Counted from the first letter of the stretch, positions 30,143 to 39,355 are shown. The stretch is 64,000 nucleotides of DNA from Candidatus Curtissbacteria bacterium RIFCSPLOWO2_12_FULL_41_16 (GCA_001776545.1 MFBZ01000022.1:14065-78064), one strand, 5' to 3'. Notes: generated by a model from the letters alone, not told the origin. Program-made: numbers and translations.

Positions 30143-30487
30143 TTACTTTGGTATTTCGACTGTGGTGACATCGACGCCGGTGAGGCCAGCGATTAACTTA
30201 AGGATAAGCCAAGAGGCCACAACTAAAATGATGCCAATGACAGCCATGGTGAGGGTACTACGGGCCTGGCCGGCGGCTTTAGGATCGCCGCCTGAGGTGA
30301 CAAACTGGAAGCCGCCAACCAAAAGCATTACAAAAAAAGCAATACCGGCCGCCGGGGCCAGAAGCTTAATGATTCTTTGAAGAATATCCACGACATCCAA
30401 AAGCTTGGCTGGTGGTGGATCAGTTTGGGCATAGACAGGCGAAACAAAAGCTGTCAAAAGCCCAACCAAAGTTAAGAAAATCCGCAT
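30143..30487 (-). CDS. VirB2/TrbC-like T4SS pilin
   Basis: Signal peptide VYA-Q; GGFQFVTSGGDPKAAGQARSTLTMAVIG. Confidence 0.85.
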   Translation of the reverse strand: MRIFLTLVGLLTAFVSPVYAQTDPPPAKLLDVVDILQRIIKLLAPAAGIAFFVMLLVGGFQFVTSGGDPKAAGQARSTLTMAVIGIILVVASWLILKLIAGLTGVDVTTVEIPK

Positions 30488-30497
30488 GAGTTTCTGG

Positions 30498-30887
30498 TTA
30501 TGGTTCGACAGTAGGAATCGTAAACGTACCGCTGATAATGGTGACTCCGAAGAAAGTTTCCACCAATTTAATAATGGCAAAAGCAACCAAGACAATCACC
30601 AGACCAATTAACGCAGCAGTAATCGTATTTCTGGCACCCGCAACCGCTTTTTCGTCTCCACCCGCCAGAATCCAGCGGATGCCTCCCACCAGAAGCATAA
30701 TGAAAGCGATAATGAAGGCGACTACAAGGATAAACTGGATAATTGCCCGGATGATCTTAATAATATCCGCGTTTTTGCTAAGTTGTTCCGGTACAAGATT
30801 ATTCTGGGCAGCGGCTATGGTTGGGAATACAAGAGAACCGGTAAGAATCGCAAGCGGCCCCAGCAATCTTTTGGCATATTTAAACAT
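30498..30887 (-). CDS. VirB2/TrbC-like T4SS pilin
   Basis: GGIRWILAGGDEKAVAGARNTITAALIG; strong AGGAGG SD. Confidence 0.85.
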   Translation of the reverse strand: MFKYAKRLLGPLAILTGSLVFPTIAAAQNNLVPEQLSKNADIIKIIRAIIQFILVVAFIIAFIMLLVGGIRWILAGGDEKAVAGARNTITAALIGLVIVLVAFAIIKLVETFFGVTIISGTFTIPTVEP

Positions 30888-30914
30888 CAGATTCTTTTCA
30901 CCTCCCTTTTAGAT

Positions 30915-31319
30915 TTATCTTTGTGGCAGATTGAATTGGCCAGAGATGATTTGAACATTGAAAAAGGTTTCTACTAATTTGATTATAGCAAAAGCGCCGA
31001 CAACCACAACCAGTCCGATTAAGCCCCAGTAGATTTGGCCCCAGGCGGAAGCGATGGCTTTTTCGTCGCCGCCGGCGAAGATGAATCGGAGACCGGCAAA
31101 AATCATCCAGATGACACCGATGATGAAGGCTGCAATTACTAACAGGAAAATACCGTTCCTGATGAGGCTGGCAACAAAGCCTGAGGGGTTGGTTCCGGCA
31201 GAGGGAATTGAGGACGGGGCCGAGATTTTGCCGAGATCTTGGGCGAGGGCGAGTGAGGGAAGAATAAATAAACTGAAAAAAATTGCGAGGATGGTGATTA
31301 ATTGCTTCATTTTATTCAA
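30915..31319 (-). CDS. VirB2/TrbC-like T4SS pilin
   Basis: AGLRFIFAGGDEKAIASAWGQIYWGLIG. Confidence 0.82.
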   Translation of the reverse strand: MNKMKQLITILAIFFSLFILPSLALAQDLGKISAPSSIPSAGTNPSGFVASLIRNGIFLLVIAAFIIGVIWMIFAGLRFIFAGGDEKAIASAWGQIYWGLIGLVVVVGAFAIIKLVETFFNVQIISGQFNLPQR

Positions 31320-31356
31320 ATAACAATTTAGCCATTTAGCAATTTAACAATTTGTA

Positions 31357-31656
31357 CTATGTTATCGGTACACTTGACCTTAAGAAATATTGGACTACTT
31401 GCAAAATGACAAAAGCCAAAATGGTAACCGTCAAACCAATAATAGCATAGGTTAAGGTTGCTTGGGCCGCAGCCAGTTTTTTTTGGTCTCCTGAGGCAGT
31501 GACGATTTTAATGCCGGAAATAATAATAAAAATAATGGCGATGGCGCCGGCGATGCTGGTTAGGATGAGAATGATGTCGCTGGCGAGAGCGCCGAAAGTT
31601 TCAAAGCGGGCTGGAGGGAAGATAGTTTTGTCAATTGTAAAAGCTAATTGGTTCAT
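31357..31656 (-). CDS. VirB2/TrbC-like T4SS pilin
   Basis: SGIKIVTASGDQKKLAAAQATLTYAIIG. Confidence 0.82.
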   Translation of the reverse strand: MNQLAFTIDKTIFPPARFETFGALASDIILILTSIAGAIAIIFIIISGIKIVTASGDQKKLAAAQATLTYAIIGLTVTILAFVILQVVQYFLRSSVPIT

Positions 31657-31829
31657 GGTTTCTTCCTTCGACCGACTAACGACTAAAGCCGTTCAATAAT
31701 TTTTAATTTTCAATTCACATTCAATTCTTAATGACTTAATTTTGAAATTTAGAAAATGAAAATTCATTGAAAATTGCAAATTGAAAATTACTAAAAGCGC
31801 TAGTCTTTAGTTGGTAGTCGTTAAGCATT

Positions 31830-32180
31830 TTAAACTACCCCACTGTTTCCTAAAAATATCTTGTCAACAATCTGCAAAATGGCAAAGGCCAGGATAATGA
31901 TCACGAAGCCGATGACGGCAAAGGTCAGCCGGCCGCGGGCGGCTGCTGCGGCTTCGGGATTGCCGCCGGAAGTAATAAATTGAATGCCGGAGATGATAAT
32001 GACAATGACGGTGATAAAGCCGGCAATACCCAGAACTACAGGCAAGAATTCGCTAATAATTTTGCCTATCAGTCCTTGTGCAGAAAACTTTTTTTCAACA
32101 TCTGACTTGGGTAAAGTGATTTGGGCAATTATCGCCGTCAGGCCCGTCGGCGCAAGAAGTTTTCTTAATTGATTTTGCAT
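31830..32180 (-). CDS. VirB2/TrbC-like T4SS pilin
   Basis: SGIQFITSGGNPEAAAAARGRLTFAVIG; start could also be 32204. Confidence 0.82.
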   Translation of the reverse strand: MQNQLRKLLAPTGLTAIIAQITLPKSDVEKKFSAQGLIGKIISEFLPVVLGIAGFITVIVIIISGIQFITSGGNPEAAAAARGRLTFAVIGFVIIILAFAILQIVDKIFLGNSGVV

Positions 32181-32184
32181 AGTT

Positions 32185-33219
32185 TTATCCAAAGGTAATT
32201 CCAAGTATATTAAGACCGATAAATTTGAGTATCAAAACCGAGAATATCAAAAACAGCAGTCCGGCGACTGCTCCCACAATTATGTCGCGGCCGCCTGCCA
32301 GTTTTTGCTGGTCGCCGGAAGAAGTCAAGACACGGACTGAGCCGATAACCATTAGAATTAAGGCAATACCGCCGGCAAGGCCAATGGCAATGCCCAAGAT
32401 TTTGCCGGCAAAGGCTGTGGGGTTGGTGGGGATGTCTCCAAGGGCAGTTTCACAGACTCCTCCCGGACAGGGATTTTGGCCGGAAGTTCCGGTACTGGTG
32501 CCCCCACCAGGAGTTTTCCCTTCTTTGACAGTGATGGCTGGTAATTGATAACAAAATTCTGTTGTTGGAGGTATGGTATTAGGAGCAAAATAAAGTTTTA
32601 GGATATGATTGCCCTTTTTTAGTTTTCCGATATTTGCTTGCCACCCTCCTGGGCCAACTGGAGCACCTGCTGTTAAACTTTTAAAATCTTTATCATCAAT
32701 TTTGACACCAAATGATGCAGGATTTGTTCTCAAGGGATCAGAACCTGTAACAGGTTCAAAATATGCCGTAATATCGGTATCTTCATAAAATTCAGCTGGG
32801 CTATAGGCGTCAAACTGAGGACAAGCCCCAGCTCCGGTAGTTGCCTGGACAGTAAAGGTTGAGGAACATTCAATACTGCCATCTGGGCGCTGGAAATCGA
32901 AGGTATAGACGGCATTCACATCGAATGGTCCAACTGACCTTGAGAAATTGCCGTTCGCGTCTGTGGTAATCGGATCACTTATAACGACAAAACCAGGTCT
33001 TCTGACCACAAGCGTGTAAGATTTGTTGGCGAGTGCTGGGTTATTCGAAGTAAACGAAACAGTTGTCTGCTGAGTTGTAGAAATAAAATTGGGAGAAGCA
33101 CCACAACTCCCTACCGCCCTCGCGGTATTATTTAAACCTATAATGCTCCAAAGAAAAATGAGTATTACGAATGAAATAATGAAAGAAATCTTCTTGAAAT
33201 TAAAAATGTTCATCGTCAA
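32185..33219 (-). CDS. Pilin-domain protein with N-terminal Ig-like extracellular domains
   Basis: Signal peptide, beta-rich Cys-containing region, C-terminal CETALG.IPT...GSVRVLTSSGDQQKLAGGRDIIVGAVAG. Confidence 0.75.
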   Translation of the reverse strand: MTMNIFNFKKISFIISFVILIFLWSIIGLNNTARAVGSCGASPNFISTTQQTTVSFTSNNPALANKSYTLVVRRPGFVVISDPITTDANGNFSRSVGPFDVNAVYTFDFQRPDGSIECSSTFTVQATTGAGACPQFDAYSPAEFYEDTDITAYFEPVTGSDPLRTNPASFGVKIDDKDFKSLTAGAPVGPGGWQANIGKLKKGNHILKLYFAPNTIPPTTEFCYQLPAITVKEGKTPGGGTSTGTSGQNPCPGGVCETALGDIPTNPTAFAGKILGIAIGLAGGIALILMVIGSVRVLTSSGDQQKLAGGRDIIVGAVAGLLFLIFSVLILKFIGLNILGITFG

Positions 33220-33418
33220 TTTCAGTGTAGCATTAGATAGATAAATTGTTAAATTGTTACATTGCTAAATTGCCGAGTTGGCTATTTGAAGATTTCGGTT
33301 TCGAGAGATTTGGCAAAGGCTTACTTTTTCTCTTGGATATTGTTTTTTCAATTTTTCGTAGTTATTGCTCCCATATATGAATGTGTATGAATGTGTGAAT
33401 CATATCAAGAATCTAGTT

Positions 33419-33454
33419 TAACACAAAATTAGGCCATGGTATTAAATTGTGTTA
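33419..33454. repeat. 36-bp palindromic direct repeat, copy 1 (overlaps stop of the PaaX/Cas2-like gene)
   Basis: TAACACAAAATTAGGCCATGGTATTAAATTGTGTTA. Confidence 0.85.
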
Positions 33455-34027
33455 GATTCCGAAGTAATCACGGTATGGTTTTTCGTTTTCGATGCTGGCT
33501 ACTTTTAGAATTTTGACATCGTCACCTATGTTCAAAAGCTGTCTTAGAAATTCGATTTCATTTTCACAAGGATGGGGTGTTAGGTAGACGCTTTTTTGTA
33601 ATTGAAAGCACTCAAGGCGCTTGAGGATTTCTCTAAGGTAGTTTCTTTCTTTTTTCTTATGTTTGGGAACATCGTAGATAATAAGTCTCCATTTACCGTC
33701 CCACTTTTTGTTCAGTTGCATGTCTTCAAGATTAAACTTCAGTACTTTTATTTTGCCTTTTTCGGTGATTTTAATCGTTTCGTCACCTACAACCTCAACA
33801 ATTTTCCGTTCTTTTAATCTCCTTAAGACTTGCTTGAGCCTTGATTGATTAAACTGGCGCCATTTTTGATAGTCCTTCTCGCGCTTGTAATCCAAGAATG
33901 GCTTTAGAGCAAGGGGAAGGCCTGGTGCAATAATTGTGGCAGCCAAGAACGTGCCGGCTGCCAAAAGAGTAAGTACATTCTTGACCGTTGGACTGATTAA
34001 TTCCTTTTTCGACTTTGTTTTAGCCAT
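33452..34027 (-). CDS. PaaX-like regulator: winged HTH plus Cas2-like ferredoxin domain
   Basis: RLKQVLRRLKERKIV..ITEKG (wHTH); WDGKWRLIIYDVP...LECFQLQKSVYLTP. Confidence 0.85.
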   Translation of the reverse strand: MAKTKSKKELISPTVKNVLTLLAAGTFLAATIIAPGLPLALKPFLDYKREKDYQKWRQFNQSRLKQVLRRLKERKIVEVVGDETIKITEKGKIKVLKFNLEDMQLNKKWDGKWRLIIYDVPKHKKKERNYLREILKRLECFQLQKSVYLTPHPCENEIEFLRQLLNIGDDVKILKVASIENEKPYRDYFGI

Positions 34028-34037
34028 AGAGCAATAG

Positions 34038-34073
34038 TAACACAAATTTAGGCCATGGCATATTTTTGTGTTA
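34038..34073. repeat. 36-bp palindromic direct repeat, copy 2 (over the promoter of the PaaX/Cas2-like gene)
   Basis: TAACACAAATTTAGGCCATGGCATATTTTTGTGTTA; 30/36 identical to copy 1. Confidence 0.85.
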
Positions 34074-34312
34074 TTCTTTGATTCATTATTTAATGGGTTT
34101 ATGAGATAATAGAGTCTAATAAACTTCCGAGGGCACTAAAGCCCTCGGTATTGTTCTTTAAGTTTACATGAGCGCAGAAAACCACCAACGTTTGAGATTT
34201 TTATCCCTCGGAAGTATGTATTCGCTTTTTTGCATTCATCCCCGCCTAAATATTCAATTTTTGGCGGGGATATCTAGCAAGCGAATATAAAATTGAGTCT
34301 TTAGCCAACTTT

Positions 34313-35953
34313 ATGAGAAAATTTCTCACCTTTTTGTTAATTTTTGTTTTGGGGCTTTTTTTTATAGTGACTAGTAGTCGGGCGGATGAGCTTGAAGAGT
34401 TGCAAAAGCAGATTAATGATCTAGGGCATCAACTGGAACTTTCCAAAAACGCAACAACACCATTGGTTCTCGAGGTTAAAAATTTGGAGACTCAGTTGGC
34501 ATCAATTAATTCAAGATTATTTCAAATTCAAGAAGATTTGGACAAAGGCGAGGAAGACTTAACTTTTCAAAAACAAATTTTGGCGGCAACTGTGCGCAAT
34601 TTTTATATTCGGAGTTTTGTGGATATTCCACTGTTGACATTTTTTGCCTCAAATGACGCAACAGAGGTGATGAGACTGATCGCTTATCAGGCAGGTCAAA
34701 GTAAGAATGACCGGCAAGTGATAAAAGATATTTCTGAAAAAATTTCCAAACTTGCCAGTGATAAAAAAAGACTGGCGTCTTTACAGGCACAAACCACCAA
34801 GCAATCGCAGTTTTTAAAGGGGGAAATCGCTTCGGCGCGGGCGTACCAATCCGAGCTTGAAGGGAAAATCGCGGCACTGACTGCCCGGCAGCAGGAGATT
34901 TTGGCTGAAAAATCGGGTACGTTTCAGACAACGGTTGGCGATGTTCCGTTGGCAGACGATCCTAACTCCCGGCCTGACTATAACCCGGGATTTTCGCCTG
35001 CATTTGCGGCATTCTCTTTCGGGGCGCCGCATTTTAAAGGTATGAGTCAGTATGGAGCGTTTGGAAGGGCAAAGCTGGGGCAAAATTATGAACAGATTCT
35101 GAAAGCGTATTACGGAGAAGGAGTTGAAATCAAAGACCATAATCCTGACGCGCAAATAACCGTAGATGGGTATGGGACGTATTCACTTGAGGAATATGCA
35201 AAGCGGATTTACGAGATGCCTGGATCGTGGGGCGATGAAGGAGGGATGGAGGCTCTTAGGGCACAAGTGGTAGCAGCGAGGAGCTATGCTTTGGCTCGCG
35301 GCGGGTCGATTTGCGCAACCGAGAGTTGTCAAGTGTTTAAACCAAGTCCCAAGGGTGGTAAATGGGAAGAAGCGGTAAACCAGACGAGGGGGAAAGTCGT
35401 TTATGCAAACGGGGCGCCATTCTCTACATGGTATGCCTCAACGAGCGGCGGATATCAGGAATCGTATAGCAGTAATGGTTACTCAACGCCGGGTTTCTGG
35501 GATACACCTAGCGGTAGAAGTGGGTGGACGAGCCAAGCCTATGAAAAAACCGCGAGCAGCCCGTGGTTTTATAAAGGGTGGTATAAGAGTCGCAGTGGAG
35601 ATAGTTGCGGAAGGAATCATCCCTGGTTGACCAGCGAAGAAATGGCAGATGTTTTGAATGGATGGAAGGTTCTTTTTGAAGGCGGGGGTGATAGTTCAAG
35701 GGTGACACCCCAAGGCTCCTGCTGGGGAGGGAATCCTTATAGTATAAGTGAGTTGCAGTCTATAGGGGGTTATACCAGCGTGTCTGGGGTGAGCGTGGCC
35801 TATTCAGAAAGCGGAGCAACGGCGAATGTGACTTTTCAAACCAATAAGGGGAGCGTGACTATTGGCGGCAATGATTTTTATAAGGCATTTAATTTGCGGG
35901 CTCCCGGGAGGATAGCATTGAAGTCGGGGTTGTTTAATATAGAAAAAAAGTAG
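34313..35953 (+). CDS. Coiled-coil plus SpoIID/LytB-domain peptidoglycan hydrolase
   Basis: Signal peptide, coiled coil, GMSQYGA, ILKAYY, YEMPGSW...EALRAQVVAARSYA. Confidence 0.88.
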   Translation: MRKFLTFLLIFVLGLFFIVTSSRADELEELQKQINDLGHQLELSKNATTPLVLEVKNLETQLASINSRLFQIQEDLDKGEEDLTFQKQILAATVRNFYIRSFVDIPLLTFFASNDATEVMRLIAYQAGQSKNDRQVIKDISEKISKLASDKKRLASLQAQTTKQSQFLKGEIASARAYQSELEGKIAALTARQQEILAEKSGTFQTTVGDVPLADDPNSRPDYNPGFSPAFAAFSFGAPHFKGMSQYGAFGRAKLGQNYEQILKAYYGEGVEIKDHNPDAQITVDGYGTYSLEEYAKRIYEMPGSWGDEGGMEALRAQVVAARSYALARGGSICATESCQVFKPSPKGGKWEEAVNQTRGKVVYANGAPFSTWYASTSGGYQESYSSNGYSTPGFWDTPSGRSGWTSQAYEKTASSPWFYKGWYKSRSGDSCGRNHPWLTSEEMADVLNGWKVLFEGGGDSSRVTPQGSCWGGNPYSISELQSIGGYTSVSGVSVAYSESGATANVTFQTNKGSVTIGGNDFYKAFNLRAPGRIALKSGLFNIEKK

Positions 35954-36229
35954 TAAAAGAACGCTATATTCTTTCTGGGGGGAACGAAATTCGAATAAGG
36001 GTTTTTAATTTACGAGCCCCGGGGTATATTTCGATAAGATCACCTCTTTTTAATATTGAACAAAAGTGACGATACGTTAAAAACTTAGCGACTAAGGACT
36101 AAAGGACCATGGGGATTTATTTAGAAATTATGATTTAGACATTAAAGTAATTAGAAGTTTGAGATTATTGGAGAACGTTAGTTATTGGTCTTTAGACGTT
36201 AAGCACCTCTCAAGTATATAATTGATTTG

Positions 36230-36811
36230 ATGGCAACCCATAATCCCTTTGCGATGTTTGCGCCCCAGCCGGTTGGGGTGAGGTTTGAGAATCAAGAAGA
36301 AGGCGAAAAAATCATTTTGCTTTTGCGCGCACACATTGTAACTTTAATCCCAGCAGTTTTGACAACAATTTTTCTGGTTGTGGGGCCAATTTTTGTACCA
36401 AGATTATTAACTTTGGCTAATATTGATCTTACAGATCTTTTGCGAGGTGGGCGGTTATTTTTAATCACATTATTCTGGTATCTGGTGACCTTTGGTTATG
36501 CTTTTTATAAATTTGTTTTTTGGTATTTTAACGTTTACCTTCTGACGAACGAACGCATTATCGACTTTGATTTTAGAGGCGTGCTGCATAAAGAAATTTC
36601 CTATGCGACACTTTTACACATTGAAGACGTAGAGCCAAAGACCGTAGGCTTTTTTGGGACATTTTTTAATTACGGTGATGTTTTCGTGCAAACAGCAGGG
36701 ACTAGGCCGAAATTTGAATTTGAAAAAGTTCCAAGACCAGACGCCGTAGCCGAGGCTATTTTGGATGAGGCGAGAAAGGAAGAGGCTGAGGCGCCGGGAG
36801 AAATAGCTTGA
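36230..36811 (+). CDS. Membrane protein with bacterial PH (bPH_2/YdbS-like) domain
   Basis: LTNERIID, FNYGDVFVQTAG, FEKVPRP. Confidence 0.8.
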   Translation: MATHNPFAMFAPQPVGVRFENQEEGEKIILLLRAHIVTLIPAVLTTIFLVVGPIFVPRLLTLANIDLTDLLRGGRLFLITLFWYLVTFGYAFYKFVFWYFNVYLLTNERIIDFDFRGVLHKEISYATLLHIEDVEPKTVGFFGTFFNYGDVFVQTAGTRPKFEFEKVPRPDAVAEAILDEARKEEAEAPGEIA

Positions 36812-36815
36812 TAAT

Positions 36816-37043
36816 ATGCCGATTGATGATTTAACAAATGGACTACAGGTAATTTTGGGGGTAAAAGCTTTTTTTGTTTTGTTTTTAATTTTTTTTGCAA
36901 TTTTTGCGCTGATACTTTTTCGACAGATCCAATTGATGGGTAGGTCATTGCCAACTGTGATTAACCCCTATTTGGCGTTTGTGGCAATTTTGCACCTGGG
37001 TGTTTCTTTGGCTCTTCTTTTTGTAGTCATTGGAGTTTTTTAA
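36816..37043 (+). CDS. Small 2-TM membrane protein (DUF5657-like)
   Basis: FALILFRQIQLM pattern. Confidence 0.55.
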   Translation: MPIDDLTNGLQVILGVKAFFVLFLIFFAIFALILFRQIQLMGRSLPTVINPYLAFVAILHLGVSLALLFVVIGVF

Positions 37044-37044
37044 A

Positions 37045-38889
37045 ATGGAAGAGTTTTCTTTAAAGATAGAGAAGATTGCCGGTGTTGCCAGTGAACATTC
37101 GGCTTGCGGTGTTTTTAATAAGAAAGTAACTCTTGCCGATGGTACCTTGGGGACGGTTGTTAGCTGTATTTTGGTGAAGTGTGAAGAAGAAGAGGATGCG
37201 CAGGTTGTTCTTCGAGACATCTTCGAGCTGATCACCACTAAATTGGAAGGAGCGGAAGGAAGTATTCTGGCGGCTGTTTGCAAAGTTAGCGAGGCGATGC
37301 AAGAGCTGGTTTTAGGGAGGAAACTTGAGGTTAGTTTTATCGACACTTTTTTCTATGAGAATGTTTGTTATATTGCAAAGTTCGGTGACGGTGTCAGGAT
37401 TTTGGTTTTTGAGACACCCCGCTTTTCTGAAATTAAATTTGAGGCCGGTTCGGGGCCGATTGCGGCGGGGCAGATTTATTTAATTGCAACCGACGCATTT
37501 CTTTCTATTTTTGATTCTTCAGTTTTGACAGATAATCAAAATATCGATCTTGAGGGGATTATCGATGGTTTGGCAACTAAGATTTCCGTGGAGGATAATC
37601 AGAGCGAGACAGGAGCAGCCTTTGTTTATGTGAGGGGTGAAGAGTTGGATGGTGTAAAAGAGACAGGGGGTACAAAGGGAACAGAGGGTATTTTGCAGAT
37701 TGAGGATACTAGGGAAATTAGGGAAGAAGAAATGGTTGAGGCTCGTGAGGAGCAAAAAGTCGAATCGCCTTCTAAATTTAAAAATCCTCTGCCTGGATTT
37801 TTCAAAATAATTTTTGGGGGGCTTTCCAAGCTGCAAAGAGGTGATATCAGGGCGGTTCTTGCGTTACGCAGAAATATCGTGGTTTTTGCCCTTGTTATCC
37901 TTTTAATTTTGGTGATTTCTGTTGGCTGGACTTTGGTTCAAAAATCCCGGAGAGAAAAAATTGCTGAGTTTGAGGCTCATCTTGCGACCGCCTCTTCTAA
38001 GTACCAGGAAGGGGTGGCCATTGCAGAGCTTAACAAAGTTCGAGCAAGGGAAATATTAATTGCGGCAGATCATGAAGCTGGTCTGGCACTGGGAATTTTG
38101 AATGACGAGAAGGCTAAAAAACTGGTTAGTGAGATTTCTGCCAAATTAAAGGAGACAGAGACGACCAGTAATGTTAATTTTGAGGTTATTAGTGAAGTTG
38201 CCAGTCCATTAATCGGGCTTGCAATTTCCGGCAAAAATTTAATCGGCATTTCGGACGATAAAATATTTGAAGTTGAGACGGGCGAGAAAAAGATTCGCGA
38301 AATTAAGAGTTCGGGCAATACAAAAGGCGGTTTTGTTTATGATGAGAGAGTATTTATTTTGACTGACGATAAAGTTTACAGAGTCGATTTAGCAGGTGAA
38401 TCAAAAAAGATTATTGAAGCCGCGGGTTATCATGACATCTCAGTTTTTCTAGGGAATGTCTATCTTCTTTCCGGTGAGCAGATCGCCAAGTTCGTGCCAC
38501 TTGAAGGAGGTGACTTTTGGCCGACAGATTATTTAAATGCGAAAGAAGATTTTGGCATTAAAGGGCGATTTGCCATTGATGGATCGGTTTGGGTGACAGC
38601 CCGGGATAAAATCTTTAAATTCACGAGAGGCGTCAGGCAAAACTTTGAAATTTCCGGCTTAACAAGTAAAGTGGGAGAGTTTGGAGTAATTTACACAAGT
38701 AGTCAGCTGGATAACTTGTATGTAATTGACAGCGTAAATTCAGCCCTTTTGGTTATTGGCAAGGATGGAATTTATAAGCGTGTTTATCAATCTGGTGAGT
38801 TTGCAAGGACAGCGGACATTGTTGTTAACCCTGGCGAGAAGACAATGTATCTAGTTTCCGCGAACAAAATATTAATGGGCAAGCTTTAA
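37045..38889 (+). CDS. Membrane-anchored protein: degenerate PP2C-like N-terminus, TM, beta-propeller C-terminus
   Basis: GPIAAGQIYLIATD; TM at ~aa 280; FLGNVYLL, FAIDGSVWV, NLYVID repeats. Confidence 0.6.
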   Translation: MEEFSLKIEKIAGVASEHSACGVFNKKVTLADGTLGTVVSCILVKCEEEEDAQVVLRDIFELITTKLEGAEGSILAAVCKVSEAMQELVLGRKLEVSFIDTFFYENVCYIAKFGDGVRILVFETPRFSEIKFEAGSGPIAAGQIYLIATDAFLSIFDSSVLTDNQNIDLEGIIDGLATKISVEDNQSETGAAFVYVRGEELDGVKETGGTKGTEGILQIEDTREIREEEMVEAREEQKVESPSKFKNPLPGFFKIIFGGLSKLQRGDIRAVLALRRNIVVFALVILLILVISVGWTLVQKSRREKIAEFEAHLATASSKYQEGVAIAELNKVRAREILIAADHEAGLALGILNDEKAKKLVSEISAKLKETETTSNVNFEVISEVASPLIGLAISGKNLIGISDDKIFEVETGEKKIREIKSSGNTKGGFVYDERVFILTDDKVYRVDLAGESKKIIEAAGYHDISVFLGNVYLLSGEQIAKFVPLEGGDFWPTDYLNAKEDFGIKGRFAIDGSVWVTARDKIFKFTRGVRQNFEISGLTSKVGEFGVIYTSSQLDNLYVIDSVNSALLVIGKDGIYKRVYQSGEFARTADIVVNPGEKTMYLVSANKILMGKL

Positions 38890-38905
38890 ACCCATCTTTT
38901 GCTTC

Positions 38906-39355
38906 ATGAAGATATTCAACAAAAGAGCCCGTTATAAATACCAAATTCTGGAGAAGGTTGAGGCAGGTGTTGTTTTGACAGGGGCTGAGATTAAATCGAT
39001 AAGGGCAGGACGGGTTGATCTTTCGCAGTCTTTCGGGCGGATTGGCGATGGCGAGGTTTTCTTGGTTAATGCCTATATCAATCCCTGGATGGGGTCGGAG
39101 AGGTTTACTAACGAGAGACGTTCGCGTAAACTCCTGCTTCATAAAAAGCAGATTTTGGCATGGCAGGGGAAAATGGCAGGAGGCAGATTGACGCTGGTTC
39201 CCCTTTCAATTTATATCAAGGGGAATCTGGCTAAAGTTGAGCTGGCACTGGCCAAGAGTAGGGCAAAATTTGACAGACGAGCGGTTTTGAAGATGGAAGC
39301 TATCGAAAGGGATGTCGAGCGGGAGCTTAGGGGTGATAAGTCGGGGGGTTTTTGA
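38906..39355 (+). CDS. smpB: SsrA-binding protein
   Basis: NKRARYKY..EAGVVLTGAEIKSIR, RSRKLLLHK, TLVPL. Confidence 0.96.
   Translation: MKIFNKRARYKYQILEKVEAGVVLTGAEIKSIRAGRVDLSQSFGRIGDGEVFLVNAYINPWMGSERFTNERRSRKLLLHKKQILAWQGKMAGGRLTLVPLSIYIKGNLAKVELALAKSRAKFDRRAVLKMEAIERDVERELRGDKSGGF

Noticed and set aside
15279-33219. Integrative conjugative element or prophage
   Set aside because: No relaxase, integrase, att repeats or phage structural genes at this locus; composition looks native
33419-34073. CRISPR array or Cas system suggested by the Cas2-like domain and 36-bp repeats
   Set aside because: Only two repeats, separated by a whole gene rather than a ~30-40-nt spacer; no cas1 or effector genes in the window
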